Positions 29,589 through 39,555 of a stretch of 64,000 bases of DNA are shown here, in pieces. The stretch comes from a virus (lineage: Duplodnaviria; Caudoviricetes): positions 64,001 to 128,000 of IMG/VR virus record IMGVR_UViG_3300031760_000002. One strand, given 5' to 3'. Made by a program: the position numbers and the translations under genes. The number at the start of each line of letters is the position of its first letter. Positions within the stretch are counted from its first letter, which is position 1. Below the pieces are notes generated by a model. It did not search any database, was not told the DNA's origin, and saw only the letters and a list, made by a program, of their open reading frames with translations.

Positions 29589-29998
29589 TATCTCATCGTA
29601 AGGCTCATTGCCTTCCCATTAGCAACCGAGTTTCCGAACATCCTGTTCCACGTGGCGTCGTCCTGGGCGGTTCTTACGGCCTTTACACGATCGTACTCCT
29701 TCGATCCGGGCCATACTACCTTCCTGCCAGGAAGCATCCATTCCAACGCTTCCCCTATCGGACCCTTGATCGGACCGGCTGGGTTGTCGTTCTTTTCCGC
29801 ATATCGGCCCCACCGTTCCCCAAGCTTGAGGGCAAGATACCCGCCGCCTAGAGCAAAAAGCCACGGTTTCAACTTCTGCCACAACGTTCTCTCGTCGTCG
29901 TACTCGGCCTGCTTACAAAAAGAAGCAACACCTTCAAGAAAGGCGTCAGGGTCCGATCTGAACGAGTCTCTGTAGGCGTCTATGGTCTTCGCGGTCAT
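29588..29998 (-). CDS. Small head-associated protein with KQA motif and hydrophobic segment
   Basis: FLEGVASFCKQAE followed by PWLFALGGGYLAL. Confidence 0.55.
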   Translation of the reverse strand: MTAKTIDAYRDSFRSDPDAFLEGVASFCKQAEYDDERTLWQKLKPWLFALGGGYLALKLGERWGRYAEKNDNPAGPIKGPIGEALEWMLPGRKVVWPGSKEYDRVKAVRTAQDDATWNRMFGNSVANGKAMSLTMR

Positions 29999-30024
29999 GT
30001 CTTTAACCAACCAGTCAAAAGGCT

Positions 30025-30068
30025 AAAAAATCCCCCCTCGCACCGCCGCGAAGACGATGCGAGGGGGA
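30025..30068 (-). terminator. Rho-independent terminator after the major capsid gene
   Basis: CCCCCTCGCA/TGCGAGGGGG stem followed by GATTTTTT on the - strand. Confidence 0.75.
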
Positions 30069-30076
30069 ACCGGTCG

Positions 30077-31051
30077 TTAGCCGTTCGAGTCTTCCTTGTC
30101 GACGTTGAACCTGGCGAGGGCCATGCCGGCGGTGTTGCCGAACGCGAAGCCACCCATCCAGTAGCTGAACATCGAGATGAAGAACGCCTCCTTCTTGACG
30201 TACATCGTCCAGTCGTCGAGATAGAAGCACTTGCCGAGGAAGTCGGGCTCCGCGAAGAAGTAGATCCAGTTCGTAGGAACCAGATGGTTCTTGATCGTGA
30301 AGAGCGTCTTGATGCCCATGATCGTGTCGGTGGTGAGGCCGTTCAGGAAGAAGTCCTGGGCCTTGTCGCCGCCGACCGCGAGGCGATCGAGCTTGAGCAG
30401 GTCGCGAGCCGTGATCTCGTTCATGAGCGCGCAGTAGTTGCGGGCGATGAACTTGCCCTCGGCGTTGCCGGACGGGAGCATCTTGGTAGCCTCCGCGAAG
30501 GTGTCGCGGTTGAGCGGATACTCGAAGTCGCGCCACTGGACCTTGCCCGAGATGTGGTTGGGCTGTCCCTCGCCGTCGGCGTCGAACACGATCGAGTTGA
30601 CCGTCTTCATGAACTTCGCGTCGATCTCGGCCAGACCGTCCTTGATGGAGTTGTCCGTGAGGATCTTGCGGATGTCCTGCTTGGTGGTGCGGAGCTCGGC
30701 GATGTCCTTGCGGAAATCGGGCGTGAGCACGCGGGCGAACGGGATGATGTACCTCGAGCTCTGGATGTACTCGCCATCCGGAACCGTCTGCAGCGGGACC
30801 CACTTCGCGGCGGGCGAATCGGGCTCGCGCTCCCACACGACCGCCAGGTCCTGGACGATGTCGTAGCGGAGCATGTCGTCCGTCGCCTTCTCGGGCGGGA
30901 GGATCTTGAACGCGAAGGAATCTTCGCGGATCTGCATCCGGGTGTAGTTGGTGGCCGCAGCCTGGGCCTTCTTCACGAAAGCCTGGTCGTCGCCGCTGTT
31001 GAGCGACTCGAGGATCTGGGCGTTGATGATGTTGACGTTCTGGGTCTCCAT
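30077..31051 (-). CDS. Major capsid protein (HK97-fold, predicted)
   Basis: Protease-scaffold-decoration-capsid gene order, AAAGGAGA RBS, extreme codon bias, downstream terminator, and IREDSFAFKILPP motif. Confidence 0.8.
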   Translation of the reverse strand: METQNVNIINAQILESLNSGDDQAFVKKAQAAATNYTRMQIREDSFAFKILPPEKATDDMLRYDIVQDLAVVWEREPDSPAAKWVPLQTVPDGEYIQSSRYIIPFARVLTPDFRKDIAELRTTKQDIRKILTDNSIKDGLAEIDAKFMKTVNSIVFDADGEGQPNHISGKVQWRDFEYPLNRDTFAEATKMLPSGNAEGKFIARNYCALMNEITARDLLKLDRLAVGGDKAQDFFLNGLTTDTIMGIKTLFTIKNHLVPTNWIYFFAEPDFLGKCFYLDDWTMYVKKEAFFISMFSYWMGGFAFGNTAGMALARFNVDKEDSNG

Positions 31052-31075
31052 GTTGAAGTCTCCTTTCATTCTAGG

Positions 31076-31660
31076 TTACTTGCCGCACTGGAAATCCAGG
31101 ACGCGAATCATCGCACCGGTCATCAGGCCTTCAACTGCGACTGCGTCATTGGCCCAGCGGGTATATGGTACCGCCGTGACATAGCCTACGGTGTTGGTGT
31201 TATCGGCTCCGTTGGTCGTGATGATGCCGTCCTTGACCGTGACCGCGGCGCCGATCTCGTAGTCGGCCTTCTCGTCGAACATGTCGGTCTGCCAGACGTC
31301 TCCGTCGTCCATGTGGATGCCGGTGATGGACGGACCCTTGGGACCGACCTCGGGTGCCTTGCCGAACACGTCCTTGACGGCGCCATACGCGGTAGGCTCC
31401 GCCGGAGGAACGTTCGTCGGACCGGCGCCGAGGCCGAAGAACCCGGCCATGTTGGCGGTAAGATCCTTGTATCCCTGGAGAGCCAGGTAGAGCGGCTGCA
31501 CGGAGGTATCCGTAGCGAGCTCGAACTGGTTGTTCTTGTTCACACGCACGACGCTTCCGCGCTCGATGGCCTTGTTGGCCTCGTCCGCGGCGACCACGCA
31601 GGTGCGGTCATGCTGGTCCTTATGAGGGAATCCACCCTTCTTTGGGCTGAGATGTGCCAT
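31076..31660 (-). CDS. Capsid decoration/cement protein
   Basis: Immediately upstream of the MCP with a strong RBS. Beta-tulip-like pattern (ERGSVV..; YEIGAAVTVKDG..VGYV). Confidence 0.6.
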   Translation of the reverse strand: MAHLSPKKGGFPHKDQHDRTCVVAADEANKAIERGSVVRVNKNNQFELATDTSVQPLYLALQGYKDLTANMAGFFGLGAGPTNVPPAEPTAYGAVKDVFGKAPEVGPKGPSITGIHMDDGDVWQTDMFDEKADYEIGAAVTVKDGIITTNGADNTNTVGYVTAVPYTRWANDAVAVEGLMTGAMIRVLDFQCGK

Positions 31661-31681
31661 GTTTGGTATCTCCTTTTCTTG

Positions 31682-32068
31682 TTAGTCGATTATGCCGTTG
31701 TCGGCATTGTTTCCATAGCTGCCGAACTCACGTTCCCAGGGATCCTGGGATGTGGTGGAAGCCGTTACGTTTGACCTTCCTCCGACCGACGGCGGCTGGA
31801 TCGCCGCTGCCAGCTTTTCGACAAGGTCCCATGCCTTGGATGGGTCTTCTGCGACCTTCTCCACAAGCTTGTTAACATCGTTCTTCGAAACCAATCCATT
31901 CTCTGAAAGGGTCTGGATGGCCTCGGTTGCGCGCTTTACGAAGCCGGCCTTGGAAGCGGTAGCCTCCTTGGCCGACTTCTCAAGCTTCGCGAGTCTCTCA
32001 AGACGAGGCTGGACGACGCCGATATACTCGGCGACTTTCTCAGCGAGCGTATCGTAGTCCGTATCCAT
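31682..32068 (-). CDS. Small coiled-coil scaffold-like head protein
   Basis: Helical, with several K-x-A motifs (EKSA, KEA, KRA, KLA). Confidence 0.55.
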   Translation of the reverse strand: MDTDYDTLAEKVAEYIGVVQPRLERLAKLEKSAKEATASKAGFVKRATEAIQTLSENGLVSKNDVNKLVEKVAEDPSKAWDLVEKLAAAIQPPSVGGRSNVTASTTSQDPWEREFGSYGNNADNGIID

Positions 32069-32070
32069 CG

Positions 32071-33321
32071 TTACTTGAGTCTTCTGAGAGCTTCGATCAG
32101 CTTTCCAGCGGTCTCCCTGGCTGCGGCCTTCTTGACGGAAGCAGCCTTTTCAGCCGGGTCAGCCGTGGCTTCTTCGGCACCAGCTCCGGCATCGGCTCCG
32201 GCCACGTCACCGGCAAGGGCCTCGGACGCCTCCGGGGAGTCGGATTGTTCGGAAATCGCCTGGACTAGCGCCTGGGCGTCTTCCTCGGACAGTTCTCCGG
32301 ACTCGATCGCCTCGGTAATGGCCTCGGCAACGTCGTCCTCGGAAATGTCGTCAGGAGCGCCTTCGTCCTGGGCACCCTCGGACACGGCCTGCGTAATGGC
32401 AGCCGCGGTCTCCTGGTCAATCGTGCCTTCGGACGCGAGGTCCTGGACGGCTTCGACGATCTCGTCTGCAGAGAACTCGTCAAGGGCAGAAGCAGCCTCC
32501 TCCGGAGACAGCTCGCCACCGCCAACGTCGCCTCCCTCGCCTCCGGCAAGAGCGGCCTCGGCATCGGCAGCCCCCTGTGCTTCGGCTGCATCGCCAAGGG
32601 CCGCTTCGGCGTCTTGAGCGCCCTGGGCCTCCTGGAGATCGCCGATCATGGATTCGGCATCCTGCGCGCCCTTCTCGAACTCGTACTGCGCCTGCTCTTC
32701 GGCGGCCTGCTTCTCAAGAAGTTCGATGACCTCCTTCGCGAATTCCGCACCGGCCCTCTTCGTGAGGGCTTGCTGAACGGCGAACTGGCCTTCCTCGTCC
32801 GCAAGCGTAATCGCCGCGATCTTGGCCAGCATTCCCATGTCGACCGTGATCTTCTCCGGCTGTGCCGCAGGGGCCGCCTGCTTCTGTACCGCCTGCTTCT
32901 GCACCGGCTGCTTCTCCTCCTGTGCCTTGGCCGGAGCAGCAGCCTTCTTCTTGAGGATCATGTCAACAAGGCTGTTTCCGAGGCTGTCCAGGGCGGAGGC
33001 CTCCTTGGCATTGGCATCCGCCGTGTCAAGCGGCTTCTTGTCCGGAGTAAGGACGGACTCTTCGGCCGTGTACCCCTCGTCTACGACCGGTACGTCCGAT
33101 CCGGGTTCCGCGCCATTGAGATTCCTGTTCTTCATGTTGTCGATGGTGTCGTCCTTGAGCGCGTCCGTCGGAGTCTTGGCGCCGGACGGAATGTCCTTGT
33201 CGTGCTCTGCACCGGGGAGGGAATCCACGTCCTGCCCGGTGATGTTCTCGGATTCGCGCTCTCCGGCCTCCTTAACGTAAGCCTTCACTTCGTCCATCCA
33301 ATCTTTGATTGTGTCTGCCAT
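32071..33321 (-). CDS. Capsid scaffolding protein
   Basis: Very acidic, Ala-rich and low-complexity, located between protease and MCP. About 10 K-x-A motifs. Confidence 0.65.
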   Translation of the reverse strand: MADTIKDWMDEVKAYVKEAGERESENITGQDVDSLPGAEHDKDIPSGAKTPTDALKDDTIDNMKNRNLNGAEPGSDVPVVDEGYTAEESVLTPDKKPLDTADANAKEASALDSLGNSLVDMILKKKAAAPAKAQEEKQPVQKQAVQKQAAPAAQPEKITVDMGMLAKIAAITLADEEGQFAVQQALTKRAGAEFAKEVIELLEKQAAEEQAQYEFEKGAQDAESMIGDLQEAQGAQDAEAALGDAAEAQGAADAEAALAGGEGGDVGGGELSPEEAASALDEFSADEIVEAVQDLASEGTIDQETAAAITQAVSEGAQDEGAPDDISEDDVAEAITEAIESGELSEEDAQALVQAISEQSDSPEASEALAGDVAGADAGAGAEEATADPAEKAASVKKAAARETAGKLIEALRRLK

Positions 33322-33324
33322 GGT

Positions 33325-34734
33325 TTATCTCTTTTGTAGGTTGTTTATGGAAGCCAAGGCCTCCAGTTCTAGTTTGTTGCCACGCCGGCTGTTCACAACT
33401 GCGTCTATCGCAGACAATTGGTAAGACAAATAGGCCTCCGCCAGTTTTGTCGTAACACCGTCATTTACGCATTTATCCGAAATTGTGTCAAGGTTGTACT
33501 TGATATCTGACGGGCATATAGTTGCCGAAATGATCCTTTCAGGTATCGAACCGCCCTCCTTGGACATCAGTTCCGAGCATCGCCTCGACACGTACGTCCT
33601 GTCAAGATCGTCGAACGCGTCGTAGGTCGTATCGTTGCAAAGCTTCGACACGGACGAAGACTTGACAAGAGAAGAAAGTACGGCAGGAACGGCCTTTTCT
33701 ACACGATCCATGTACGGTTTAACGACCTTTTCATAGTCGTCGCCGGTGGCATATTTGAAGAACGTAGGCACGTCCATAACTATTCCGGCCCGGGCCAAAT
33801 CCGACATCGCGTTCTTGATCGGCTCCTCCCTTAGCCTGGACACCAGTTCGTCGGAAAGGTGGTCCGCCGCGATTTTCCTGAACTCGTACAGGTATCCGTC
33901 CCTCGCTGTAACTACAGAAGCGGATTTTGTCAACCACCCTACGAACTCGTCCTGCATGCCGGCTATGTCCCTGGCATACCCCAGCTTCCTTGATGCAGAA
34001 TCGGATTCTACCGCGAAATCGTCAGGCGCCGTCACTCCCTCCAGCTCGGCGTACTTCACCGAATCCAAGTCCAGCGCCGAAGCCACCTTGAGATTCCATG
34101 CAATCCTGTCAGCCGGCCTTCCTACGAACGAAATGTCGAAGAACTTCGGCTGGTCGTTGAACGTTCCGACCTTGCGTCCGTCGTCCCAGAGCTCCCCGAG
34201 ATGGTTGGCCACATGGTCGCACTCCGACGAATCGCCGGCGGATTTACGCAGGGAACCGCAGATGGAGCATCTGTCGTTGGGAACCGTGCATGCCATGCTA
34301 AACGGTATTTCGCCCTCCTTTTCGAGCCTTTCAAGCTCTGGAGCGGCCTTCTCCTTGTCCGCGTGTATGAACAGTTCGACCCGCCCCATCGGCTCGTTGT
34401 ACGCCGCAGCCGCGATCTTCCCTATGCCCTGCGTCTTGGAGTCCTTGTTCCTGTGATGCCTATACACGCACCCGTCCATGAACGTTGGGTGGTACTCGAT
34501 GCACGCCTTCTTGCTGAACAGATCGCCGTTCCTGTTCATGCCGTAGTGCTCCGCGTCGCCGAGCGCCACGACATGTATTCCAACGGACTTGTCGTCCGGC
34601 TTGAGCTCCTCGTACTCTTTTCCGAAAATGGTGGAAGCCTGCTTGTGCAGCTCCCCCTCCCTCGTTATTATCTCGGCACCGACTCCTATCGTCGGATCCC
34701 AAGACGACGAATGTATCAACTTAACCATGCTCAT
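33325..34734 (-). CDS. Prohead maturation protease (HK97/assemblin-like fold) with Zn-finger insert
   Basis: NRNGDLF, VYRHH (candidate catalytic His), FSMAC (candidate catalytic Ser), CSICG..CDH and FFDISFVGRPAD. Confidence 0.8.
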   Translation of the reverse strand: MSMVKLIHSSSWDPTIGVGAEIITREGELHKQASTIFGKEYEELKPDDKSVGIHVVALGDAEHYGMNRNGDLFSKKACIEYHPTFMDGCVYRHHRNKDSKTQGIGKIAAAAYNEPMGRVELFIHADKEKAAPELERLEKEGEIPFSMACTVPNDRCSICGSLRKSAGDSSECDHVANHLGELWDDGRKVGTFNDQPKFFDISFVGRPADRIAWNLKVASALDLDSVKYAELEGVTAPDDFAVESDSASRKLGYARDIAGMQDEFVGWLTKSASVVTARDGYLYEFRKIAADHLSDELVSRLREEPIKNAMSDLARAGIVMDVPTFFKYATGDDYEKVVKPYMDRVEKAVPAVLSSLVKSSSVSKLCNDTTYDAFDDLDRTYVSRRCSELMSKEGGSIPERIISATICPSDIKYNLDTISDKCVNDGVTTKLAEAYLSYQLSAIDAVVNSRRGNKLELEALASINNLQKR

Positions 34735-34735
34735 T

Positions 34736-35545
34736 CTAGTCAGCCCCGTTCAAAGCAGCCGAGCCAAGTCCGCTACCAAGGGAAATCGCGGCCAGCAACG
34801 CGATCTTCCTGGCATTTCTCCCCTTCCGTATCGCATCCATGTACTTCCTCGGATTTCCTCCGGTAATACCTGTGCCACCGGCCGGCCGAAGGCCTCTTAT
34901 ATACCTTCTAAATGCACGGTCCTTTCCGATCTGGGCACGCCTGGCTTTTTTACTGAACAGCATCTTTATGTCGTTCAAAATGCCAGATTTTGCCTTATCC
35001 CACTGTGCCGCCGTCTCCCTGATCCTGTCGACATCCGCCTGGCTCATGTTCCTGGTAGGATGGAGATCCCGCAGATAATTGGAGTCCTCCAATTTAAATA
35101 CGTTTGGAACGCTAGACCTTATTGCGGCATCCCTGTTCTCAAGCACCTTTTTCTGTATCTGGTAATACAGGCTTCTGCCGGCGGCCGTCCCGGTTCCTGC
35201 GGCAGTAAGCCCGGCAGCGGTGCTCCATCCGAACTCCGGTACGTTCCGCTGGAAAAACCCGGGCTTGTCTACGAGCATGCCGAGGCGCCTGCCAAGCCTG
35301 CTCATGCCGAATCCGCCGACGCCGCCAAGGGCAGCACCGGTAAGAATGTTGGTCAGCAGCCTCGACTTCTTGTCCTCGTCTTCGTCCTCTGGCGTCAATT
35401 TGTCAGCGACGTACCCCGCTCCGCCGCCAAGGACGGTTCCGGCTATAGCCATTGCAAGATCCGATTTGGCATCGGATTTCTTGCACAGGGCCGGAGCCGC
35501 GAATTTATACAGGCTCATAGCCTGGTCTGAAACGCTAGAACTCAT
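34736..35545 (-). CDS. Internal head protein with Gly-zipper hydrophobic segments
   Basis: YKFA motif, then GTVLGGGAGY, GAALGGVGG and a C-terminal hydrophobic helix. Confidence 0.55.
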   Translation of the reverse strand: MSSSVSDQAMSLYKFAAPALCKKSDAKSDLAMAIAGTVLGGGAGYVADKLTPEDEDEDKKSRLLTNILTGAALGGVGGFGMSRLGRRLGMLVDKPGFFQRNVPEFGWSTAAGLTAAGTGTAAGRSLYYQIQKKVLENRDAAIRSSVPNVFKLEDSNYLRDLHPTRNMSQADVDRIRETAAQWDKAKSGILNDIKMLFSKKARRAQIGKDRAFRRYIRGLRPAGGTGITGGNPRKYMDAIRKGRNARKIALLAAISLGSGLGSAALNGAD

Positions 35546-36050
35546 AGACTTCTTCCTTCACAAGGTTTGAATTTATCTTCCTAAGCCTGTCGACGGCCTT
35601 GGCGATACGTTTCACAATCTCGTCTGCCCAAGACCTGGCACACAGGGCAGGGTCGTCGAAATCTTCCTCCCCGAATTCGACAAGTATCGGCATGTCGCTC
35701 CTGATCTTTTTCTCCTGTTCCGGAAGCTCGAAGCAGCAATCGTCATCATTGCTTTCATCGCAGCCGCAGTCTCCGCTCTGCGACGTAAGCTCTACGATAC
35801 CTGGATCCGTACCGTACCCGCTGTCCAGATCGTCCCGTACGATCATGCCAAGTTCCCTGTCCAGCCTGCCTTTTCTCCTGCCGTGCCGTTTGATGCACTT
35901 CGTGCAATGCTTGAGAAACTTTCCTCCGATCTGGATCGTAGGCTCCCCAAACCTGACGATCAGGTCGAGCTCGTGCCTGCTCCAGTCGTCGGTGGATATC
36001 ACGACGCTGAGAACGGAATTTATCCTGTTCTGGTTTACCCTTACCTTCAT
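35535..36050 (-). CDS. Hypothetical protein with Cys/acidic insert
   Basis: Start refined to MKVRV by ATGA overlap. Contains CGCDESNDDDCC. Confidence 0.6.
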   Translation of the reverse strand: MKVRVNQNRINSVLSVVISTDDWSRHELDLIVRFGEPTIQIGGKFLKHCTKCIKRHGRRKGRLDRELGMIVRDDLDSGYGTDPGIVELTSQSGDCGCDESNDDDCCFELPEQEKKIRSDMPILVEFGEEDFDDPALCARSWADEIVKRIAKAVDRLRKINSNLVKEEVYEF

Positions 36051-37438
36051 GCCCTGGCCCCGATTTTTCCCTGGTTCTTGAGAAGCACGTTGTCGAGGTC
36101 GGCCCACTGTTTGGCGTCAAACGGCGACACCGCTACGGAATTGACGGACTGCCTAAGCACCGCCCTCACTATCTCCTTGTTCAAGGACGCCTGAGGAGCC
36201 ACGTCGACGAGATTCTGGTACGCCGACGTTACGGCTTCCGGATCGGCTTCGGACAAAACAGGGTCATTGGCGTACAGATCGCTTATGATGCTGCTCCTGA
36301 TCACGTTGTCGACGTAATTCTTGATCTTGGAGTCCTTCTTGTCGGACCCGCCGATGGCCTTGTCTATCTTCTCGGATGAAATTCCTCCGCCCTGTAGATA
36401 GTTCCATATCTCCTTGACTCCGGCAGGCGCTTCAGGGATTCCGGCCTTCAAACCTGCTTTTGTGGCCTTCCACGTACCTGAAACTCCTTTTCCAAGCCAT
36501 GGATCGTCCTTGTCCTTTTTGGAGTCCTTGTCGTCATCTCCGCCGCCATTCGGCTGCGGAGGTGGCGGAAAAGGGGGATTCGGAGCGGCTGCCTCCTTCT
36601 CAACCCTGTGGTAGTCCGCTATAAGCCTTTTCGCCTCGGATTCCCTGGACGCGACCAATTCTACCAACGAATGAAGCTCGGCGACCTTCTTCAGGTCCGA
36701 TTCGATCTGCTTGGCCATTTCGACTTCAACCCTGACGCCGGAATCGTCGAACACGTTGGACCTGTTGATCGCCTTGAGGTGCGGGCCGGCGGACTTTATC
36801 AGGTCTGGCCTTAGGACCTTGTCTATCTCCCTTACGGCCGACGGAAACTTCTTGGCGGCCGCGGCCTTGAAGATGGCGTACCTGGCCTCCGGTTCGTAGC
36901 CGGACGACAGCATGCGGGCAACCTTGTCAAGCCTGCTGGCTATGAGGGACTGTGACATGGCCTCGCGTTCCTCCGCGAAACGTCTGCGCCCTTCCAGTTC
37001 AGAAGCATACTTTACAACCCTGTCGACGACTTGTTTCCTCGTGAACCCGTCCGTGGCCTTGGGCCTCTTCTCCTCGGACGCCGCCTTCTCCATGTGGGCG
37101 GCCTTGCGGTAATCGGACTCGTCGAACCCGTACGCCGAGTAGTCGTACTCGGTATCGCCGAAGGACGCCTTCTTTTCGGTCCTGTCCTCGAAAAGCATGC
37201 GATGCACCTCGTTCTTGTCGGCTATGTCGCAATTGGACGTCCTGTCCTCCGCGTTCTTCTCGTAGTGGGCTATCACCCTGGCGGTGTTCATCGTCTCTAC
37301 AAGCCTGTCGGTCTGGTCGACATTGAGATTGAAGTCCGCCGCAGCCTTGACGATGGACGAATTTATATCCATGCCAGAGTTGTAGTAGTCAACCGTCTTA
37401 GGAAGGATCTCGTCCCTCAGCTGTTCCTTGAATGACAT
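36047..37438 (-). CDS. Head protein with many K-x-A motifs
   Basis: VKAA, EKNA, EKKAS, EKAAS, VKYAS, IKSAG and EKEAA. Confidence 0.6.
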   Translation of the reverse strand: MSFKEQLRDEILPKTVDYYNSGMDINSSIVKAAADFNLNVDQTDRLVETMNTARVIAHYEKNAEDRTSNCDIADKNEVHRMLFEDRTEKKASFGDTEYDYSAYGFDESDYRKAAHMEKAASEEKRPKATDGFTRKQVVDRVVKYASELEGRRRFAEEREAMSQSLIASRLDKVARMLSSGYEPEARYAIFKAAAAKKFPSAVREIDKVLRPDLIKSAGPHLKAINRSNVFDDSGVRVEVEMAKQIESDLKKVAELHSLVELVASRESEAKRLIADYHRVEKEAAAPNPPFPPPPQPNGGGDDDKDSKKDKDDPWLGKGVSGTWKATKAGLKAGIPEAPAGVKEIWNYLQGGGISSEKIDKAIGGSDKKDSKIKNYVDNVIRSSIISDLYANDPVLSEADPEAVTSAYQNLVDVAPQASLNKEIVRAVLRQSVNSVAVSPFDAKQWADLDNVLLKNQGKIGARA

Positions 37439-37439
37439 T

Positions 37440-38378
37440 TCAAGTGTCTCCTTTTGAAACTGATTTTACAACATTTCTACCGCTTTCGTCCAACTCAACG
37501 GAAGCCACAGCCGACTCGGCCCTCAGCCTTGCGGCTGTTGCCTCCTCTCGCATCCTGGCCTCGTCGACCCCCTTCGCCGTAGCGTCTATGACGGTAGGCG
37601 ACACAAGCCGCAGCATGTCCTGCATGGCTCTAACCATGCCTATGTCGGACTGGCCGGAATTCTTTCCGTCGGCTATTAGCTTCTGCTGGGCCGATATCGC
37701 CGAAAGAAGCTTTGCCATCGACTCATGCCCGACACGGTCCGCGAACATCGACATGAACAGCCTGGACTGTGCGAGCCTCCACATCTCGTCAAGGAGATAC
37801 TCCTGCGATTTGTTCTTTATGCCGTGGGCATCCTTCCACAGCCATACGGACACGAGCGTGTCGTACCCCATCAAGGAGCCGATCATCTTCCACATCTGTT
37901 CGGGCGGCGTGTCCTGGTTGAATTCGCCTGACGGAAGCGCAAAATACTGTCGAAGCTGGCACGACCTCGACAGACGGCCTTCGGAATCCCTGATATTGAA
38001 ATACAGCTTCTCGTACGCGATTATGGCGCCTATGTCCTGCCTGTCTCCAAGCAGATCCATGGAAATGGTGTCGTAGCTCGCTGCGGTGAGAAGCAGCGGC
38101 TCAAGCCTGAACCTTACATCGGATACGTTCGAACCCTGGAACCACAGGCTCGCAAGCCTTAGTTCAACCTGCTCCTTCGTGAGTATCGCGTTCCTCTTTA
38201 TGGCGCGAAAATACGAAAGCTGCTTCTTTACCCACGGGTCGTTCCTGTACCTTGCGTATACCGGGTCTATCCTGTCGTTGGATTCTGTCAACGCGACGGC
38301 AAGCTCATTGCGCCAATCCGGGTCGTACTGGCCCGGATTGTCCATAGGCGTTACTATGACCGTATCGTTGATCCGCAT
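37440..38378 (-). CDS. Hypothetical protein
   Basis: Co-oriented 312-aa ORF abutting its neighbours. No motif recognised. Confidence 0.6.
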   Translation of the reverse strand: MRINDTVIVTPMDNPGQYDPDWRNELAVALTESNDRIDPVYARYRNDPWVKKQLSYFRAIKRNAILTKEQVELRLASLWFQGSNVSDVRFRLEPLLLTAASYDTISMDLLGDRQDIGAIIAYEKLYFNIRDSEGRLSRSCQLRQYFALPSGEFNQDTPPEQMWKMIGSLMGYDTLVSVWLWKDAHGIKNKSQEYLLDEMWRLAQSRLFMSMFADRVGHESMAKLLSAISAQQKLIADGKNSGQSDIGMVRAMQDMLRLVSPTVIDATAKGVDEARMREEATAARLRAESAVASVELDESGRNVVKSVSKGDT

Positions 38379-38381
38379 GCA

Positions 38382-39176
38382 TTACTGTCCGAATTGCCGT
38401 CTGGCGACAGGCGCCGAATACGGCGCATCCCATGGTTTTGCAGGGGCGGGCTCCGGCTTCGGAGCCGCCTTGTAGTCGGCGACGGCCTTCCTCGACTCGC
38501 GCATCCTCTGGTTCCAGAGAACGGCATTTGGATCAAGCTCCTTGCCATCCTTCCTGTAGAACTCGCCGGTTTCTCCGTTGAACAGGTGGTTGTAGAACAT
38601 CGGAAGGCTTCTGCGCCCGTCCATCAGCTCCCTGTACATATCCCTCGGCGCGGCATTCGCAGCCGCCGGTGCCGACCGCCTCTTCAGGCCTCCGCCGTCG
38701 TAAAGGTAGAAGTCTCGTTCCTCGTTGGAAAGGCCGTTTCCATGTTCGTTGGCGGCAAGGGCCGTATCAATATGGCTGTTGAACTGGTCCAACCTCTCTC
38801 GAAGCTTAAGCCGCTCCTCCGGCGTGGCGGCTCCGGCCAGCTGGGCCTTCATCCAATTTTCGCCGGCGGACCTGAGCCCTTCAGCGTAACTGGCCCTCTC
38901 CTTACGTTCCCTCGCGTGGCTTCCGCTAAAAATGCTTCCGAGCGCCCTGGTCAGGAGCCATCCCTGCCTGTTGCCGTCTGCAAAACCGTCGTTAGGAAGA
39001 TACCTTGTAATGTCGCCAAGATATTTGTTGTTCTTCGCGAAGTCGAGGGCCATGTTGCGCTGGCCATTCCTGAAGTCGTCGTCTATGGCTATCTTGCACA
39101 GCACGGACGCGTCGTCGATCGACGCCCCAAGCTCCGCGCACTTCGAGAAAAACCCGTTTACATACCCCTGTGTCAT
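38382..39176 (-). CDS. Internal head protein with GFxxKCAExG leader
   Basis: MTQGYVNGFFSKCAELG..LCKIA. Confidence 0.6.
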   Translation of the reverse strand: MTQGYVNGFFSKCAELGASIDDASVLCKIAIDDDFRNGQRNMALDFAKNNKYLGDITRYLPNDGFADGNRQGWLLTRALGSIFSGSHARERKERASYAEGLRSAGENWMKAQLAGAATPEERLKLRERLDQFNSHIDTALAANEHGNGLSNEERDFYLYDGGGLKRRSAPAAANAAPRDMYRELMDGRRSLPMFYNHLFNGETGEFYRKDGKELDPNAVLWNQRMRESRKAVADYKAAPKPEPAPAKPWDAPYSAPVARRQFGQ

Positions 39177-39185
39177 CGGTACCCC

Positions 39186-39554
39186 CTATTTAAAGAAAAG
39201 GTGTTCAACTATAGGCGCAACGACGACAGCAAGTATCGTAATGCCGCAAGTGATCCACACTGCGCTGTTCTTTTCCTTCGTCGCCATTGACGCCTTGATG
39301 CTCGCGATATCCGTCTTCATGTCGTCAAGTCCGCTTATCTTGTCTTTCACTTCCTTCAACTCCGTCCTGAAGTTTTCCATCTGGGCATGCATCGCGGCGA
39401 ACTGCGTTATCAACGGTGGCGTGCCATTGCCGTGCATGACGGTCTTCTCGAGCTTGTCGACCCTGCCTACGAGGCTATCCAGCACGGCCTTGTCCTTCGC
39501 CAGATAGCCACGGACCTCCTCCCGGAACGCCTCCTGTTTCTCCTCTTCAGACAT
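39186..39554 (-). CDS. Coiled-coil protein with C-terminal TM helix (XhlA/holin-like)
   Basis: GNGTPPL motif, heptad region and a single C-terminal hydrophobic helix. GGAG RBS. Confidence 0.5.
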   Translation of the reverse strand: MSEEEKQEAFREEVRGYLAKDKAVLDSLVGRVDKLEKTVMHGNGTPPLITQFAAMHAQMENFRTELKEVKDKISGLDDMKTDIASIKASMATKEKNSAVWITCGITILAVVVAPIVEHLFFK

Positions 39555-39555
39555 C

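Noticed and set aside
33463-33491. Internal promoter (perfect TTGACA) upstream of the scaffold/capsid genes
   Set aside because: The -10 at 17 nt is only GTAAAT and lies inside a CDS. Plausible but too weak to call.
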